Source of the DNA: an uncultured Clostridia bacterium
Lineage (GTDB): Bacteria; Bacillota; Clostridia; Oscillospirales; Acutalibacteraceae
Assembly: GCA_937907605.1 (NCBI GenBank)
Contig: CALCYI010000002.1
Coordinates: 48,852 to 112,851 of the forward strand
DNA: 64,000 bases
Direction of reading: 5' to 3'
A model generated the notes under the pieces. That model was not told the DNA's origin. It worked only from the letters and a program-made list of their open reading frames with translations, and ran no database searches. The position numbers were made by a program, and so were the translations under genes. This document shows, one piece after another, positions 18,977-30,064 of this stretch; position 1 is the first letter of the stretch; each line of letters begins with the position of its first letter.

Positions 18977-21652
18977 TTATTTCTTTGCAATTCGTCTTAT
19001 AAGCTTTACAATTTCGACTATCGGTATTACGAGGAAGGCGATACCGAGGGAGGTTGCATATTCCGTCAGCGTAATTTCCGCAAAGCCGAACGCTTCTGCA
19101 AGGAACGGAACGTAGATTACAACCGTCGAGAGTATCAGCGAAAGCACCATAGCGCCTACAAGATACCAGTTAATACTGCCCATCTGTACTATCGACTGAC
19201 GGCGCGAGCGCATATTGAAGGAGTGGAAAATCTCCGCCATTGAAAGAGTAAGGAACGCCATCGTCATACCGTTTCTGTGGATTTCCTCGCCGATTTCGCC
19301 GAACACTCCTCCGATACCTACCGTACCGTTTGAGCCCATGATAATACCCGCAATGTAAGCCGCAAGGGTGAGCACGGTTACCATAATACCCTGCCATGCG
19401 CAGTCAAAGCCCATACCGCCTGAGAAGATACCGTCCCTGCTGTCACGCGGAGCGCGCTTCATAATATCCCTTTCGCCCTTTTCCATACCGAGAGCGAGCG
19501 CCGGGAAGCAGTCCGTAATAAGATTAATCCAGAGCAGGTGAACGGGCTCAAAGAGCGTGAAGCCGAGCAGAGTCGCAATAAAGATTGAGAGCACCTCGGA
19601 GAGATTTGAGGAGAGCAGAAACTGAATTGACGCGCGGATATTGTCGTAAATTCTTCTTCCCTCTTCAACCGCGGAAACTATCGTAGCGAAGTTATCGTCG
19701 GCGAGCACCATATCCGCAACGTTCTTCGTAACGTCGGTGCCCGTAATGCCCATACCTACGCCGATGTCGGCGTTTTTGATTGACGGAGCGTCGTTAACGC
19801 CGTCGCCAGTCATCGCGGTAATCATACCGCGCTTTCTCCAAGCCTTTACTATCCTTACCTTATGCTCGGGCTGTACGCGTGCGTATACCGAGAATTCCTC
19901 AATCCTTTCGTCAAGCTCCTCGTCGGAAAGCTTGTTGAGGTCTGCGCCCGTGATAGCCTGGCTCTCGTCGGTGATGATACCGAGAGATTTGGCGATAGCA
20001 ATAGCGGTATCCCTGTGGTCGCCCGTAATCATAATCGGTCTGATACCCGCAGAGGCACATTCCTTTATAGCGTCCACAACCTCGGGACGTACGGGGTCAA
20101 TCATACCCGTTAAGCCGATATAGCAGAGGTTTCTTTCAAGCTCGTCGGCTTCGTTAGACGGCTGCTCGTCGTAAACTCTCATAGCCGCGCAGAGAACGCG
20201 CAGCGCCTTGTCAGCCATTTCCTTATTTTCAGCGGCAATCTGCGCCCTGAGCCCGTCCGTCATAGGTACTCTCTTACCGTCAACGAGCGCCGTGTCGCAC
20301 CTTGAGAGCACTACGTCGGGAGCGCCCTTCGTATACTGTACGAAGCCCATCGGGGTTTCGTGTACGGTGGACATCATCTTTCTCATTGAGTCGAACGGAG
20401 CCTCGCCTACACGGGGGCTCTTTTCCTCAAGCTCATATTTCTTAAGCCCGAGCTTGTTAGCATATGCAACGAGCGCCGCCTCCGTGGGCTCGCCCTTAAC
20501 GGTACCGTCGTCCTGAAGCTCCGCGTCGCAGCAGAGCGCCATAGCCGTTGCAAGCAGGGTTTCGTCGTCTCCCTTATACTCAACGACGGTCATCTTGTTC
20601 TGAGTAAGCGTACCCGTCTTATCCGAGCAGATAATCTGGGTACAGCCGAGGGTTTCAACCGCGGTGAGCTTACGGATAACCGCGTTTCTCTTGCTCATCT
20701 TGGTAACGCCGATTGAAAGCACGATGGTAACTACCGCCGCGAGTCCCTCGGGGATTGCCGCAACCGCGAGCGATACGGCTACCATAAAGAAGTTGAGCGT
20801 GGTTTCAAAGGTGATTTTATCGCCCACGATAAGCGAGCGTACTATGTCAAACGCGAAGATGAAAATACATATTCCGAGCACGAGGATCGAAAGTATTTTT
20901 GAAAGCTGATTGAGCTTAATCTGGAGCGGGGTTTCCTCGTTCTCAGCCTGCGCAAGAGCGTCGGCAATCTTGCCCATTTCGGTATCCATACCCGTCGCTA
21001 CAACTACCGCCTTGCCGCGTCCGTAAACGACGTTTGAGCCCATATAGCACATATTTCTTCTGTCGCCGAGCGGAACGTCGTCGGCGCCCTCTGACTCGAT
21101 AATATCACAGGTCTTATTAACAGGAACGGACTCGCCCGTGAGCGCCGCCTCCTCAATCTTCATCGAGGCGTTTTCGATAATACGGCAGTCCGCGGGAACG
21201 CTGTCGCCCGCTTCAAGCACTACTATATCGCCCACTACGATATCCTCAGTCCTTACGTCGATAAGCTTACCGCCGCGTATAACCTTGGACGTTGCCGCCG
21301 CAATCTCCTGCAGCGCCTCTATTGCCTTTTCAGCCTTCGATTCCTGATATACGCCGAGCACCGCGTTGATAATTACTACTACCATAATAATTACAACGTC
21401 TGCGTAGCCCTCGCCGTCGCCGCCTACTACCGCCGTAACCGCGCTGATAACGGCAGCAACGATGAGTATAATAATCATCGGGTCTGCAAGCTGGGACAAA
21501 AATCTCTTAAGCAGAGAATCCTTCTTGCCCTCGGCAAGCTTGTTCTTTCCGTTTTCCTCAAGGCGCTTTGCAGCCTCATTTTCGGAAAGTCCTGTAATCG
21601 AGGTTTTGTTTTTCTCCATAACCTCAGAAAACGGTCTTAAATATTCCTTCAT
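18977..21652 (-). CDS. Calcium-translocating P-type ATPase (P2 type)
   Basis: ICSDKTGTLT phosphorylation motif, TGDHRDTA, MTGDGVNDAPS and PEGL in TM4. Confidence 0.85.
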   Translation of the reverse strand: MKEYLRPFSEVMEKNKTSITGLSENEAAKRLEENGKNKLAEGKKDSLLKRFLSQLADPMIIILIVAAVISAVTAVVGGDGEGYADVVIIMVVVIINAVLGVYQESKAEKAIEALQEIAAATSKVIRGGKLIDVRTEDIVVGDIVVLEAGDSVPADCRIIENASMKIEEAALTGESVPVNKTCDIIESEGADDVPLGDRRNMCYMGSNVVYGRGKAVVVATGMDTEMGKIADALAQAENEETPLQIKLNQLSKILSILVLGICIFIFAFDIVRSLIVGDKITFETTLNFFMVAVSLAVAAIPEGLAAVVTIVLSIGVTKMSKRNAVIRKLTAVETLGCTQIICSDKTGTLTQNKMTVVEYKGDDETLLATAMALCCDAELQDDGTVKGEPTEAALVAYANKLGLKKYELEEKSPRVGEAPFDSMRKMMSTVHETPMGFVQYTKGAPDVVLSRCDTALVDGKRVPMTDGLRAQIAAENKEMADKALRVLCAAMRVYDEQPSNEADELERNLCYIGLTGMIDPVRPEVVDAIKECASAGIRPIMITGDHRDTAIAIAKSLGIITDESQAITGADLNKLSDEELDERIEEFSVYARVQPEHKVRIVKAWRKRGMITAMTGDGVNDAPSIKNADIGVGMGITGTDVTKNVADMVLADDNFATIVSAVEEGRRIYDNIRASIQFLLSSNLSEVLSIFIATLLGFTLFEPVHLLWINLITDCFPALALGMEKGERDIMKRAPRDSRDGIFSGGMGFDCAWQGIMVTVLTLAAYIAGIIMGSNGTVGIGGVFGEIGEEIHRNGMTMAFLTLSMAEIFHSFNMRSRRQSIVQMGSINWYLVGAMVLSLILSTVVIYVPFLAEAFGFAEITLTEYATSLGIAFLVIPIVEIVKLIRRIAKK

Positions 21653-21684
21653 ATATATCCTCCGTATATTGATAATCCCTGTCT

Positions 21685-23097
21685 CTATTTGCGTTTCGGC
21701 GGCTGAAGATTATTGCGCTGCCTCTCATAGTATTCGCGGCTGAGCTGCTCGTCAAGGGCTTCCCTTCTCCTGCGCTTTTCGGCAAGGCGCTTCTTGTCAC
21801 GCCTTAAGCGCTTAATGAAAACGTAAATATACAGAATTACGAGCGCTATCAGCACAAGAGTAATCGCAAGCACGGCCTTGCGCCCGAAGAAATTTTTAAG
21901 TGCGTTTGCAATTTTCAGGAAGGTGGAGAGCTCAACACTCTGGGCAGAAACGAGGTCAAAGGTCGCTATAATCTTATCGCCGTAAATCACGTTAGCCTCG
22001 CAGATTTTTTCGCCCTGAGTTATCGGGGCTTCAAGCTCCGCGGGAGGCTCTATGGGGGTAATCATAACTGCCGACGGGTCAAGCGACGACGGCACGAGAG
22101 CGGTAACGTCCTCCTTTGAAATCAGCCCCACGCCGTCCGCGTCCTTGCCGTTAATAACGGGTATCTCGCTGATAATATCGTTCGACTTAATAACCGTCGA
22201 ATACTTAAGCGAGTCAAACGCCCAGTCAAAGAGCGACGCCGCGTCAATGAAGGAGCACTTTGTATCGTAGCCCTTGAGCTTCTTAACGGGCGAGTCCATT
22301 ACGATTGCAAGGTAGTTATAGCCGTCCTTGGACGCCTTCGTGATAACACAGTAGCCCGCCTCGCTCGTTGAGCCCGTCTTAATACCCTCGGCATATTCGT
22401 AGTAATAGGTTACGTGGAATCTGTCGAGCATAAAGTTAGTATGAATATACGTATATCCGTGGAACTCGCAGCTTTTCAGGCTTGAAATCTTATTAAATGT
22501 TTCGTTCTTCATCGCCTCAAGTGTGATGAGCGCCATATCGGCGGGGGTTGTATAGTGGTTTTCGTCGTGGAGTCCGTCGCAGTTTACGAAATTGGTACCC
22601 GTACAGCCTATCGACTTAACCCAGTTGTTCATAAGCTTTACGAACTCTGTAATACCGCCCGCCGCCATTTCCGCGATAACGTTGCACGCGTCGCAGGCAG
22701 AGTAAACGAGCACGAGCTCAAGAAGCTTTTCAGCCGTTATTTCCTCGCCGATTTCAAGCCCCGCAACCTGCGCGCCCGTACCATAAAGAACGGTAATCGC
22801 GTTTTTCGAAACCTTAGTTTTCGCCTTAAGGTCGGGAATATTATTGAGCGCGACTATCGCAGTAACTATTTTGGTAAGGGAGGCGGGATACTTTTTCTTG
22901 TCCTTATTCTTTTGCGCTATTACGGGGTGGGTATCGTCGTCAAGGCTTATGAGCATATACGCGTCGGCGTAAATCTCGCTTGATACGTTATACATTCCCT
23001 CGTCGTTATTCTTATCCTTCGCCTGCGCCGAAAGAGGCGCAAAAAGCGATACTATTATTATACATAAAGCCGCCATCAGCGACGTAATCTTTTTCAT
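21685..23097 (-). CDS. D-alanyl-D-alanine carboxypeptidase (PBP5-type serine peptidase) with C-terminal TM and charged tail
   Basis: Signal peptide, SxxK motif PASLTKIV, KTGST motif, C-terminal TM helix. Confidence 0.75.
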   Translation of the reverse strand: MKKITSLMAALCIIIVSLFAPLSAQAKDKNNDEGMYNVSSEIYADAYMLISLDDDTHPVIAQKNKDKKKYPASLTKIVTAIVALNNIPDLKAKTKVSKNAITVLYGTGAQVAGLEIGEEITAEKLLELVLVYSACDACNVIAEMAAGGITEFVKLMNNWVKSIGCTGTNFVNCDGLHDENHYTTPADMALITLEAMKNETFNKISSLKSCEFHGYTYIHTNFMLDRFHVTYYYEYAEGIKTGSTSEAGYCVITKASKDGYNYLAIVMDSPVKKLKGYDTKCSFIDAASLFDWAFDSLKYSTVIKSNDIISEIPVINGKDADGVGLISKEDVTALVPSSLDPSAVMITPIEPPAELEAPITQGEKICEANVIYGDKIIATFDLVSAQSVELSTFLKIANALKNFFGRKAVLAITLVLIALVILYIYVFIKRLRRDKKRLAEKRRRREALDEQLSREYYERQRNNLQPPKRK

Positions 23098-23176
23098 ACT
23101 CTTGACACCTGTAAAATTAAAAGTTATTATTATATTATCACATTGATTTTAAGAATACAAGAAGGATTTATATATT

Positions 23177-23851
23177 ATGATTTATATTACGGGAGATGTC
23201 CACGGGGACGTTGATTTTTTCAGGGATTCAAGGCTTAAAAAGCTTACCGAGGACGACACGCTCATTATCTGCGGGGACTTCGGCTTTCTCTGGGAGGGCA
23301 GCGAAAAGGAGCGCAAAGCGCTAAAAACCCTGACTAAAAAGAAGTACACTATCTGCTTCGTCGACGGAGTACACGAGAATTTTGATTTGCTCTCACGCTA
23401 TCAGCCGTATCGCTTTAAAGGCGGCAACGCTCAGAAGATTTCCTCTAATATCTATCATCTCTCGCGCGGTGAGATTTTCACCTTTGAGAGAAAGACCTTC
23501 TTCGTTATGGGCGGCGGCGAGAGCGAGGACAACGAAATGCGCGAGGAGGGTAAAACGCGCTTCAAGGGCGAAATGCCGAGTTCCGAGGAGCTTTTAAACG
23601 GCGCGCAGAACCTCAAGGACGCAGACTACAAGGTGGACTACGTTTTAACCTACGAGGCGCCCGCCATGGCAAAGGACTTCATACGCCTGCACACCAACAG
23701 CGAAATGCACCTCACCCCGCTCAACACCTACCTTCAGGAGCTTATGAAGGCGGTTGAATACAAGCACTGGTACTTCGGCTCCCTCCACCTTGATATGCAG
23801 GTGAGTAAGAAGATGACGGTAGTTTTTAACGATATTATTAAGATAGAATGA
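23177..23851 (+). CDS. Metallophosphoesterase family protein
   Basis: MIYITGDVHGD, ICGDFG and GVHENF motifs. Confidence 0.65.
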   Translation: MIYITGDVHGDVDFFRDSRLKKLTEDDTLIICGDFGFLWEGSEKERKALKTLTKKKYTICFVDGVHENFDLLSRYQPYRFKGGNAQKISSNIYHLSRGEIFTFERKTFFVMGGGESEDNEMREEGKTRFKGEMPSSEELLNGAQNLKDADYKVDYVLTYEAPAMAKDFIRLHTNSEMHLTPLNTYLQELMKAVEYKHWYFGSLHLDMQVSKKMTVVFNDIIKIE

Positions 23852-23878
23852 AAAAGAACGGCGGGTGCCGTTCTTTTT
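23851..23878 (+). terminator. Rho-independent terminator
   Basis: AAAAAGAACGGC-GGGT-GCCGTTCTTTTT. Confidence 0.7.
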
Positions 23879-23892
23879 AGTTAGTAGTTAAT

Positions 23893-23919
23893 AGAAAAAG
23901 GGCGGATATTATCCGCCCT
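23893..23919 (-). terminator. Rho-independent terminator of gdhA
   Basis: AGGGCGGAT-loop-ATCCGCCCT stem with a T-run on the minus strand. Confidence 0.65.
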
Positions 23920-23923
23920 GCAA

Positions 23924-23951
23924 TTTCGAATTCCGAATTCCGCATTCCAAA
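23924..23951. repeat. Tandem heptamer array (TTCCGAA-like x4)
   Basis: TTTCGAA TTCCGAA TTCCGCA TTCCAAA, lying between the gdhA stop (23952) and its terminator. Confidence 0.6.
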
Positions 23952-25301
23952 TTAGTAAATTCCCTGCTCCATCATCGCCTGGGCAACCTTTTCGAAGCCT
24001 GCGATGTTAGCGCCTGCTACGAGGTCATAGCCGAGGCCGTAGCGCTCTGCAGCGTCCATGGAGTTATTATGAATATCAATCATTGCCTGGTGAAGTCTTG
24101 AATCAACCTCCTCGGCAGTCCAGGAAAGACGCGCGCTGTTCTGGCTCATCTCAAGTCCTGAGGTGCAAACGCCGCCTGCGTTAACAGCCTTTGAGGGAGC
24201 GATGATAACGCCCTCGGTCTCTCTGAACAGGTCGAATGCGTCCTCGGTGGTAGGCATATTCGCAACCTCGATGTAGTACTTGGTACCGTTTGCGAGAATC
24301 TTCTTAGCCTCGTCGAGATTAACCTCGTTCTGAGTTGCGCACGGCATACAGATATCAGCCTTTACGCCCCACGGCTTTTCGCCCTTGAAGAACGGAACGC
24401 CGAACTTATCCGCATAATCCTCGCAGCGATCTCTGCCCGAAGCGCGCATTTCAAGGAGGTAGTTAATCTTCTCTTCGGTAATAATACCGTCGGCGTCGTA
24501 AACGTATCCGTCGGGACCCGAAATTGTTACGGGCTTTGCGCCGAGCTCAGCAAGCTTTTTGCAGGCGCCCCATGCAACGTTACCGAAGCCTGAGATAGCA
24601 ACAGTCTTACCTTTAATTGTATCGTTTTCGTGCTTTAATACCTCAAGGGTATAGTAAACCGCGCCGTAGCCCGTTGCTTCGGGACGGATGAGAGAGCCGC
24701 CGTAGGAGCGTCCCTTACCCGTTAAAACGCCGTTTTCGTAAGCGTTTCTGATTCTCTTATACTGGCCGAAAAGATAGCCGATTTCACGTCCGCCAACGCC
24801 GATATCGCCCGCGGGAACGTCAACGTCGGGACCGATGTGGCGCTGTAATTCCGTCATAAACGCCTGGCAGAAACGCATAATTTCAGCGTTGCTTCTGCCC
24901 CTCGGGTCAAAGTCTGAGCCGCCCTTGCCGCCGCCCATAGGAAGTCCCGTAAGCGAGTTCTTAAAGGTCTGCTCAAAGCCGAGGAAGAACATAATCGATG
25001 CATTTACGCTCGGGTGGAAACGGAGTCCGCCCTTATAGGGACCGATTGCGGAGTTAAACTGTACTCTGTAACCCCTGTTAACCTGCGTTTTGCCCTCGTC
25101 GTCAACCCACGCTACGCGGAAGGTAATGAACCTTTCGGGCTCAGCCATTCTGCCGAGAATGTCAGCCTCAACGTATTCCGGGTGCTCGTCAACAACCTTT
25201 TCAAGCGAGCCGAAAACCTCTTTAACGGTCTGAATGAATTCAGGCTTTTCAGGGTTTCTTCTCTCCGCAGTTGCGATAACGTTTTCAATATACTTGTTCA
25301 T
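23952..25301 (-). CDS. gdhA: NADP-specific glutamate dehydrogenase
   Basis: LPMGGGKGGSDFDP active-site motif and GFGNVAWG dinucleotide fold; 449 aa. Confidence 0.9.
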   Translation of the reverse strand: MNKYIENVIATAERRNPEKPEFIQTVKEVFGSLEKVVDEHPEYVEADILGRMAEPERFITFRVAWVDDEGKTQVNRGYRVQFNSAIGPYKGGLRFHPSVNASIMFFLGFEQTFKNSLTGLPMGGGKGGSDFDPRGRSNAEIMRFCQAFMTELQRHIGPDVDVPAGDIGVGGREIGYLFGQYKRIRNAYENGVLTGKGRSYGGSLIRPEATGYGAVYYTLEVLKHENDTIKGKTVAISGFGNVAWGACKKLAELGAKPVTISGPDGYVYDADGIITEEKINYLLEMRASGRDRCEDYADKFGVPFFKGEKPWGVKADICMPCATQNEVNLDEAKKILANGTKYYIEVANMPTTEDAFDLFRETEGVIIAPSKAVNAGGVCTSGLEMSQNSARLSWTAEEVDSRLHQAMIDIHNNSMDAAERYGLGYDLVAGANIAGFEKVAQAMMEQGIY

Positions 25302-25438
25302 AAAATACCCCTTTCAGTAGTACAAAAATTTACCGTAAATATTTTTGCACCTTTGGAGTAGTTTGTCAATAGACATTTTAAAAAAATTTTTCTAATAACT
25401 AATAAAGCGGATACCATAACGGTACCCGCTGTTCTCTT

Positions 25439-27868
25439 TTATGCCGCGAAGGTGAACTCGTCGTTTTCAAAGTCGACTTTGCACCTGTCGCCCGCCTTGA
25501 TTTTGTCCTCAAGGATAAGCTCTGAAAGTCTGTCCTCAATCTTTGACTGAATTTCCCTTCTCAGCGGTCTTGCGCCGTAGGTCTTGTCAAAGCCCTTTTC
25601 GGCAAGCGCGTCAATAGCGCTGTCGGAAAATTCAATTTCAATATCCATATCGGAAAGCCTCTTTTCAAGGGTACGGAGCATACGCCTTGCGATTTGCTTA
25701 ATATCGCCCTTATCAAGCTGATTGAACACTATAATCTCGTCAAGACGGTTGAGGAATTCGGGCTTAAAGGTTCTCTTAAGGTCGCCCATAACAAGCTCCT
25801 CGATGGTCTTATTTTCGTCGCTGCTCTGACCAAAGCCGAGGGACTGCTTCTGCTCGGTAATCTTCGTTGCGCCTACGTTAGAGGTCATTATGATTATCGA
25901 GTTTTTAAAGGATACCTTACGTCCCTGGGAGTCGGTCAGTACGCCGTCCTCAAGAATCTGAAGAAGCATATTGAAAACGTCGGGGTGAGCCTTTTCAATC
26001 TCGTCGAAAAGCACCACGCTGTAAGGCTTGCGACGGATTTTCTCCGTGAGCTGTCCGCCCTCCTCAAAGCCTACGTAGCCCGGGGGCGAACCGATTAATT
26101 TCGACACGGTATGCTTTTCCATATACTCGCTCATATCAAGCTTGATAATCGCGTTTTCGTCGCCGAACATCGCCTCGGCAAGAGTCTTACAGAGCTCTGT
26201 TTTACCAACGCCCGTGGGACCGAGGAAGATAAACGAGCCTATCGGTCTGTTCGGGTTTTTGAGTCCTACCCTGCCGCGTCTGATAGCCTTTGAGATTGAA
26301 CTTACCGCCTTATCCTGACCGACTATTCTTTCGTGCAGGATATTCTCCATATTGAGCAGCCTATCGCTCTCCTCCCTTGAAAGCTCGGACACGGGGATAC
26401 CCGTCCACGAGGATACCACCGCCGCAATCTCGTCGGTAGTAACTGACTTTACGTCGTGTGACGAGGAGTTCTTCCACTTGTCCTTTTCGCCCGAGAGTAA
26501 GTCCTGAAGCTTGCTTTGATTATCGCGAAGCTTCGCCGCGTTTTCGTAATCCTGGGCGGTAATTGCGCTCTGCTTTTCCTGCTCAAGCCGCTTGATTTCC
26601 TCCTCCATATCCTTAAGGTTCTGTGGGAGAGTGTAGGCGTTGAGCCTTACGATAGAAGCAGCCTCGTCGATAAGGTCAATCGCCTTGTCGGGAAGAAAGC
26701 GGTCTGCAATATACCTTGCGGACATCTTAACCGCGTTTTCAATCGCCTCGTCGGTAATCTTAACCTTATGGTGCGCCTCGTACTTATCGCGCAGCCCCTT
26801 TAGGATTTCAACGGTTTCCTCCTCCGTGGGCTCGCCGACTGTAACGGGCTGGAAACGCCTTTCAAGCGCCGCGTCCTTTTCAATATTCTTTCTGTACTCG
26901 TCGATAGTGGTCGCGCCGATTACCTGAATATCGCCCCTTGCGAGCGACGGCTTGAGGATATTAGCCGCGTCAACCGCGCCCTCTGCTGCGCCCGCGCCCA
27001 TAATGTTATGGACCTCGTCTATGAAAAGGATTACGTCCTTTGCGCTCTTTACCTCGTCCATAGCCTTTTTGATACGCTCCTCAAAGTCGCCCCTGTACTT
27101 AGTACCCGCGACCATTGAGGTTAAATCGAGCGCTACGATTTTCTTACCCGCAAGCAGCTCGGGCACCTCGTCCTGAACGATTTTAAGCGCAAGTCCCTCC
27201 GCAATAGCGGTCTTGCCCACGCCGGGCTCGCCGATTAAGCAGGGGTTGTTCTTGTTACGCCTTGAGAGTATCTGCACAACCCTCTGGATTTCCTTCTCCC
27301 TGCCTATAACCGGGTCGATTTTGCCCTCGCGCGCAAGCTCGGTCAAATCCTTTCCGAACTCGTCGAGGGTGGGCGTTTTGCTCTTGCCCTTTCTGCCCTG
27401 CTTTGCGCCCCTTGAGGCGTCGCCCTCGCTCTCGGAAATAGAGGTTGCAATCTCCTCGATAAGCTGTCTTTCGTCCACGCCGAGCTCGTTTAAAAACTTA
27501 ACTGCGTAGGAGTCGCCCTCGTTTACAAGCGCGATTAAAATATGCTCGGTGGATACGAACGAATGGCGCATACCCCTTGCAATCTGAAAGCTCATCTCGA
27601 GTATTCTCTTCAACCTCGGGGTGAAGTCGTCGGGGCTGAGCCTCGTCGGGTTTCCGACTCCGATTTCGCTTCTGATAAGGGAGTCGATATCGTTTTCGGT
27701 AACGCCCCTTTCAATAAGAGCGTTAGCACCGATTCCGCTGCCCTCCTTAATCAGACCGATTAATATATGCTCGCTGCCGATATAGTTATGGCCGTAATTC
27801 TCGGCAGCCTTTATCGCGAGGTTAAGCACCTCGTTTGCCTTTTGTGTAAATGAATTAAATCTGTACAT
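25439..27868 (-). CDS. clpC: ATP-dependent Clp protease ATP-binding subunit ClpC
   Basis: Double Clp-N repeat, two Walker A motifs ([16 protein letters not shown]), a UVR-like linker, and its position after mcsB. Confidence 0.9.
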   Translation of the reverse strand: MYRFNSFTQKANEVLNLAIKAAENYGHNYIGSEHILIGLIKEGSGIGANALIERGVTENDIDSLIRSEIGVGNPTRLSPDDFTPRLKRILEMSFQIARGMRHSFVSTEHILIALVNEGDSYAVKFLNELGVDERQLIEEIATSISESEGDASRGAKQGRKGKSKTPTLDEFGKDLTELAREGKIDPVIGREKEIQRVVQILSRRNKNNPCLIGEPGVGKTAIAEGLALKIVQDEVPELLAGKKIVALDLTSMVAGTKYRGDFEERIKKAMDEVKSAKDVILFIDEVHNIMGAGAAEGAVDAANILKPSLARGDIQVIGATTIDEYRKNIEKDAALERRFQPVTVGEPTEEETVEILKGLRDKYEAHHKVKITDEAIENAVKMSARYIADRFLPDKAIDLIDEAASIVRLNAYTLPQNLKDMEEEIKRLEQEKQSAITAQDYENAAKLRDNQSKLQDLLSGEKDKWKNSSSHDVKSVTTDEIAAVVSSWTGIPVSELSREESDRLLNMENILHERIVGQDKAVSSISKAIRRGRVGLKNPNRPIGSFIFLGPTGVGKTELCKTLAEAMFGDENAIIKLDMSEYMEKHTVSKLIGSPPGYVGFEEGGQLTEKIRRKPYSVVLFDEIEKAHPDVFNMLLQILEDGVLTDSQGRKVSFKNSIIIMTSNVGATKITEQKQSLGFGQSSDENKTIEELVMGDLKRTFKPEFLNRLDEIIVFNQLDKGDIKQIARRMLRTLEKRLSDMDIEIEFSDSAIDALAEKGFDKTYGARPLRREIQSKIEDRLSELILEDKIKAGDRCKVDFENDEFTFAA

Positions 27869-27898
27869 AAGTCATTCCTCCTTTGCAAAGCAAGGGAA

Positions 27899-28900
27899 TC
27901 ACTTAAGAATTTCCCTCACCTTCTGCGCTCTGATTTTAGCGCACTCAAGCCCGTCAATTTCCGCATTTGAGCCTGAGATTATCGACGCATCCTGAAGCGT
28001 ATGCATCATTTCACCTATAGTTTTATAATCGACGTCGAGGTATCCCAGAGCGCTGCCGAGCCTGAGGAGCGATACGTATTCAAGGAATTCGCCCCTCTCA
28101 AGCTTCCTCGCGGTTTTCATAATACCGAGAGTACGGTAGATTCTGTCCTCAAATTCAACGTCCTTTTTAAGCTCCTCTCGCGCTGCTCTTTCCTGCTTTA
28201 CAAGCTGGTCGCAGATAGCAGTGAGGTTATCCATAGCGTTCTTTTCCGTTATGCCGAGCGTTACGCCGTTTGAGAGAATATAGATATCGCCCGCGCCGTT
28301 TCTGTAAAGCTCCCGAAGCGTTAGCCCGAGCTTACTTACCATAGCGGAGAGCCTGTATATAGCTTTCTGCCTTGCAAGCGCGGGGAGGTGAAGCGCAAAG
28401 CTTACCTTAAGCCCCGTTCCGAGATTCATAGGCGACGCGGTTAAAAAGCCGAGCCTGTCGGAATACGCGAGCTTAAACGCCGAGATAAAGATATCGTCAA
28501 GCGCGTTCGCTTTATTATATGCGGTAAATAGGTCCTGACCTGCGGAAAAGGCGTTAATTTTAATATGGTCCTCCTCGCAGAGCATTATGGACACGTCGCC
28601 TTCCTTAGAGAGCATGAACGAAGCCTTATCCTTAAGCCTTAAAAATTCCTTGCTGATAAGCTGCTTTTCAGCGTAAGACGCCGACTCGGCGTTAGAAAGC
28701 TCGTTGAGGTTAATAAGGTCAAACTCGTTTGCAAGAGGCGAGCTTTTAACCGTCGCATATATTTTCTTGCATACGCTCTTTCTTATATCCGCGCTCATCC
28801 TTGAGGGGAACGGAGAATTGGCTAAATTCCTTGCAAGACGTACTCTTGAAAAGAGCACTACGTCGCTGTTATTGCCTTCGCCCTGATACCATTTTGACAT
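27899..28900 (-). CDS. mcsB: Protein arginine kinase McsB
   Basis: Guanidino-kinase motifs (CEEDHIKI, SPMNLGTGLK) and operon context. Confidence 0.85.
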   Translation of the reverse strand: MSKWYQGEGNNSDVVLFSRVRLARNLANSPFPSRMSADIRKSVCKKIYATVKSSPLANEFDLINLNELSNAESASYAEKQLISKEFLRLKDKASFMLSKEGDVSIMLCEEDHIKINAFSAGQDLFTAYNKANALDDIFISAFKLAYSDRLGFLTASPMNLGTGLKVSFALHLPALARQKAIYRLSAMVSKLGLTLRELYRNGAGDIYILSNGVTLGITEKNAMDNLTAICDQLVKQERAAREELKKDVEFEDRIYRTLGIMKTARKLERGEFLEYVSLLRLGSALGYLDVDYKTIGEMMHTLQDASIISGSNAEIDGLECAKIRAQKVREILK

Positions 28901-28901
28901 C

Positions 28902-29426
28902 TTATTTCTCCTCCTTTGTGAGCTCGTTAATCTTATCCCTTAATACCGCGGCGTCCTCAAAGCGCTGCTCCTGAATGGCGGTTTTAAGCTCAGCCTTGAG
29001 CTTTTCAACCTCGTTTTCGCTCTTTTCCTCCTCGGGCGCTTCCTCCTCGGTATAGCTTACGCTCTTGCCGATATGCTTAGTCCTTCCGTGGAGTCTTTCT
29101 ATACTCGGCTCAAGCCTGCTCTCGAACTTTTCGTAGCAGTGGTCGCAGCCGACTCTGCCCGAATTTACGATGTCGTTAAAAGTCGAGCCGCAGTAGGTAC
29201 AGCGATCTATTCCCGTGAGAGTATTAAACGCCGATACGCCCGCGGTCAGAAGATTACCGAAGAGCGAATCCGTACCGAAGGCGGAGAAGGGCTCAAACTC
29301 AAATTCCTTCATTACGCCGAGCTCCCTTGCACATTCCTCGCAAAGATACAGCTCTTCCTTTTTTCCGTTTATATTCCTCTTGATATGAGTATTTGCTTCT
29401 CTTTCATTACAGTGTTGACATTTCAT
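28902..29426 (-). CDS. mcsA: McsA (zinc-finger plus UVR-motif activator of McsB)
   Basis: CxxC pairs (CQHC, CEEC, CTYC, CDHC) and a C-terminal UVR motif (FEDAAVLRDKI). Start at ATG 29426, 8 nt after GGAGG. Confidence 0.8.
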   Translation of the reverse strand: MKCQHCNEREANTHIKRNINGKKEELYLCEECARELGVMKEFEFEPFSAFGTDSLFGNLLTAGVSAFNTLTGIDRCTYCGSTFNDIVNSGRVGCDHCYEKFESRLEPSIERLHGRTKHIGKSVSYTEEEAPEEEKSENEVEKLKAELKTAIQEQRFEDAAVLRDKINELTKEEK

Positions 29427-29441
29427 TATGAACACCTCCTA

Positions 29442-29891
29442 TTAATTAACATATGAAATCAACATCTTCTTTAATAAGGTTGCCCTTATTCTGTTTGCCG
29501 TATCCCTGTCAATTTCCTTAAAATTAACCTCGGCTAAGACAGAAAGCATTATTTTCGCGGCTCTGTCGTCGATAAGGCTCTGATAGCTGAGGTTGTAGAT
29601 ATGCGCCCTTGCGCTCCTCTCGTCGATAGTATCGCCTATCGAATTTATCAGCCCCATTATCGCGGAGTCCTTGCTCCCCGCGCGGGATATAAGGATATAG
29701 CCTCCGCCGCCCCTGCGGCTTTCGATTCTGTATCCCGCCTCGGGCGTAAAGCGCGAGGTTATTACGTAGTTAATCTGGCTGGGGACGCAGCCGAGCCTGT
29801 TGGCTAAATCGTTACGCTGAATCTGTACCGTCGACGTCTGGTCGTCGAACATATCGAGTATCATATCAGCTATTAAATCGCTCATTTTCAT
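29442..29891 (-). CDS. ctsR: Class III stress gene repressor CtsR
   Basis: FxCVPSQINYV-type HTH, the glycine loop RRGGGGYI, and first position in the clpC operon. Confidence 0.9.
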   Translation of the reverse strand: MKMSDLIADMILDMFDDQTSTVQIQRNDLANRLGCVPSQINYVITSRFTPEAGYRIESRRGGGGYILISRAGSKDSAIMGLINSIGDTIDERSARAHIYNLSYQSLIDDRAAKIMLSVLAEVNFKEIDRDTANRIRATLLKKMLISYVN

Positions 29892-29933
29892 TTTTCAATC
29901 ATCCTCTTTCCAAAGAGATTGGCCAAATTAGTC

Positions 29934-29950
29934 TTTGACTTTCTTTAACC
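29934..29950 (-). promoter_or_regulatory. CtsR operator (proximal)
   Basis: The minus strand reads GGTTAAA-GAA-AGTCAAA, matching the (A/G)GTCAAA-NAN-(A/G)GTCAAA direct repeat. It lies just downstream of the -10 box. Confidence 0.65.
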
Positions 29951-29959
29951 TTCGAGTAT

Positions 29960-29988
29960 GTTATAGCACAAAGATCAAGAAAAGTCAA
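29960..29988 (-). promoter_or_regulatory. SigA-type promoter of the ctsR operon
   Basis: Minus strand TTGACT (29983-29988), 17 nt spacer, TATAAC (29960-29965). Confidence 0.6.
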
Positions 29989-30007
29989 TACTTTTTTCTA
30001 AAAAATT

Positions 30008-30024
30008 TTTGACTTTTTCTGACT
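30008..30024 (-). promoter_or_regulatory. CtsR operator (distal)
   Basis: The minus strand reads AGTCAGA-AAA-AGTCAAA, upstream of the -35 box. Confidence 0.65.
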
Positions 30025-30064
30025 TTACAAAGCAAAAAGAAAAAACGCTGAAAACATCAGCGTT

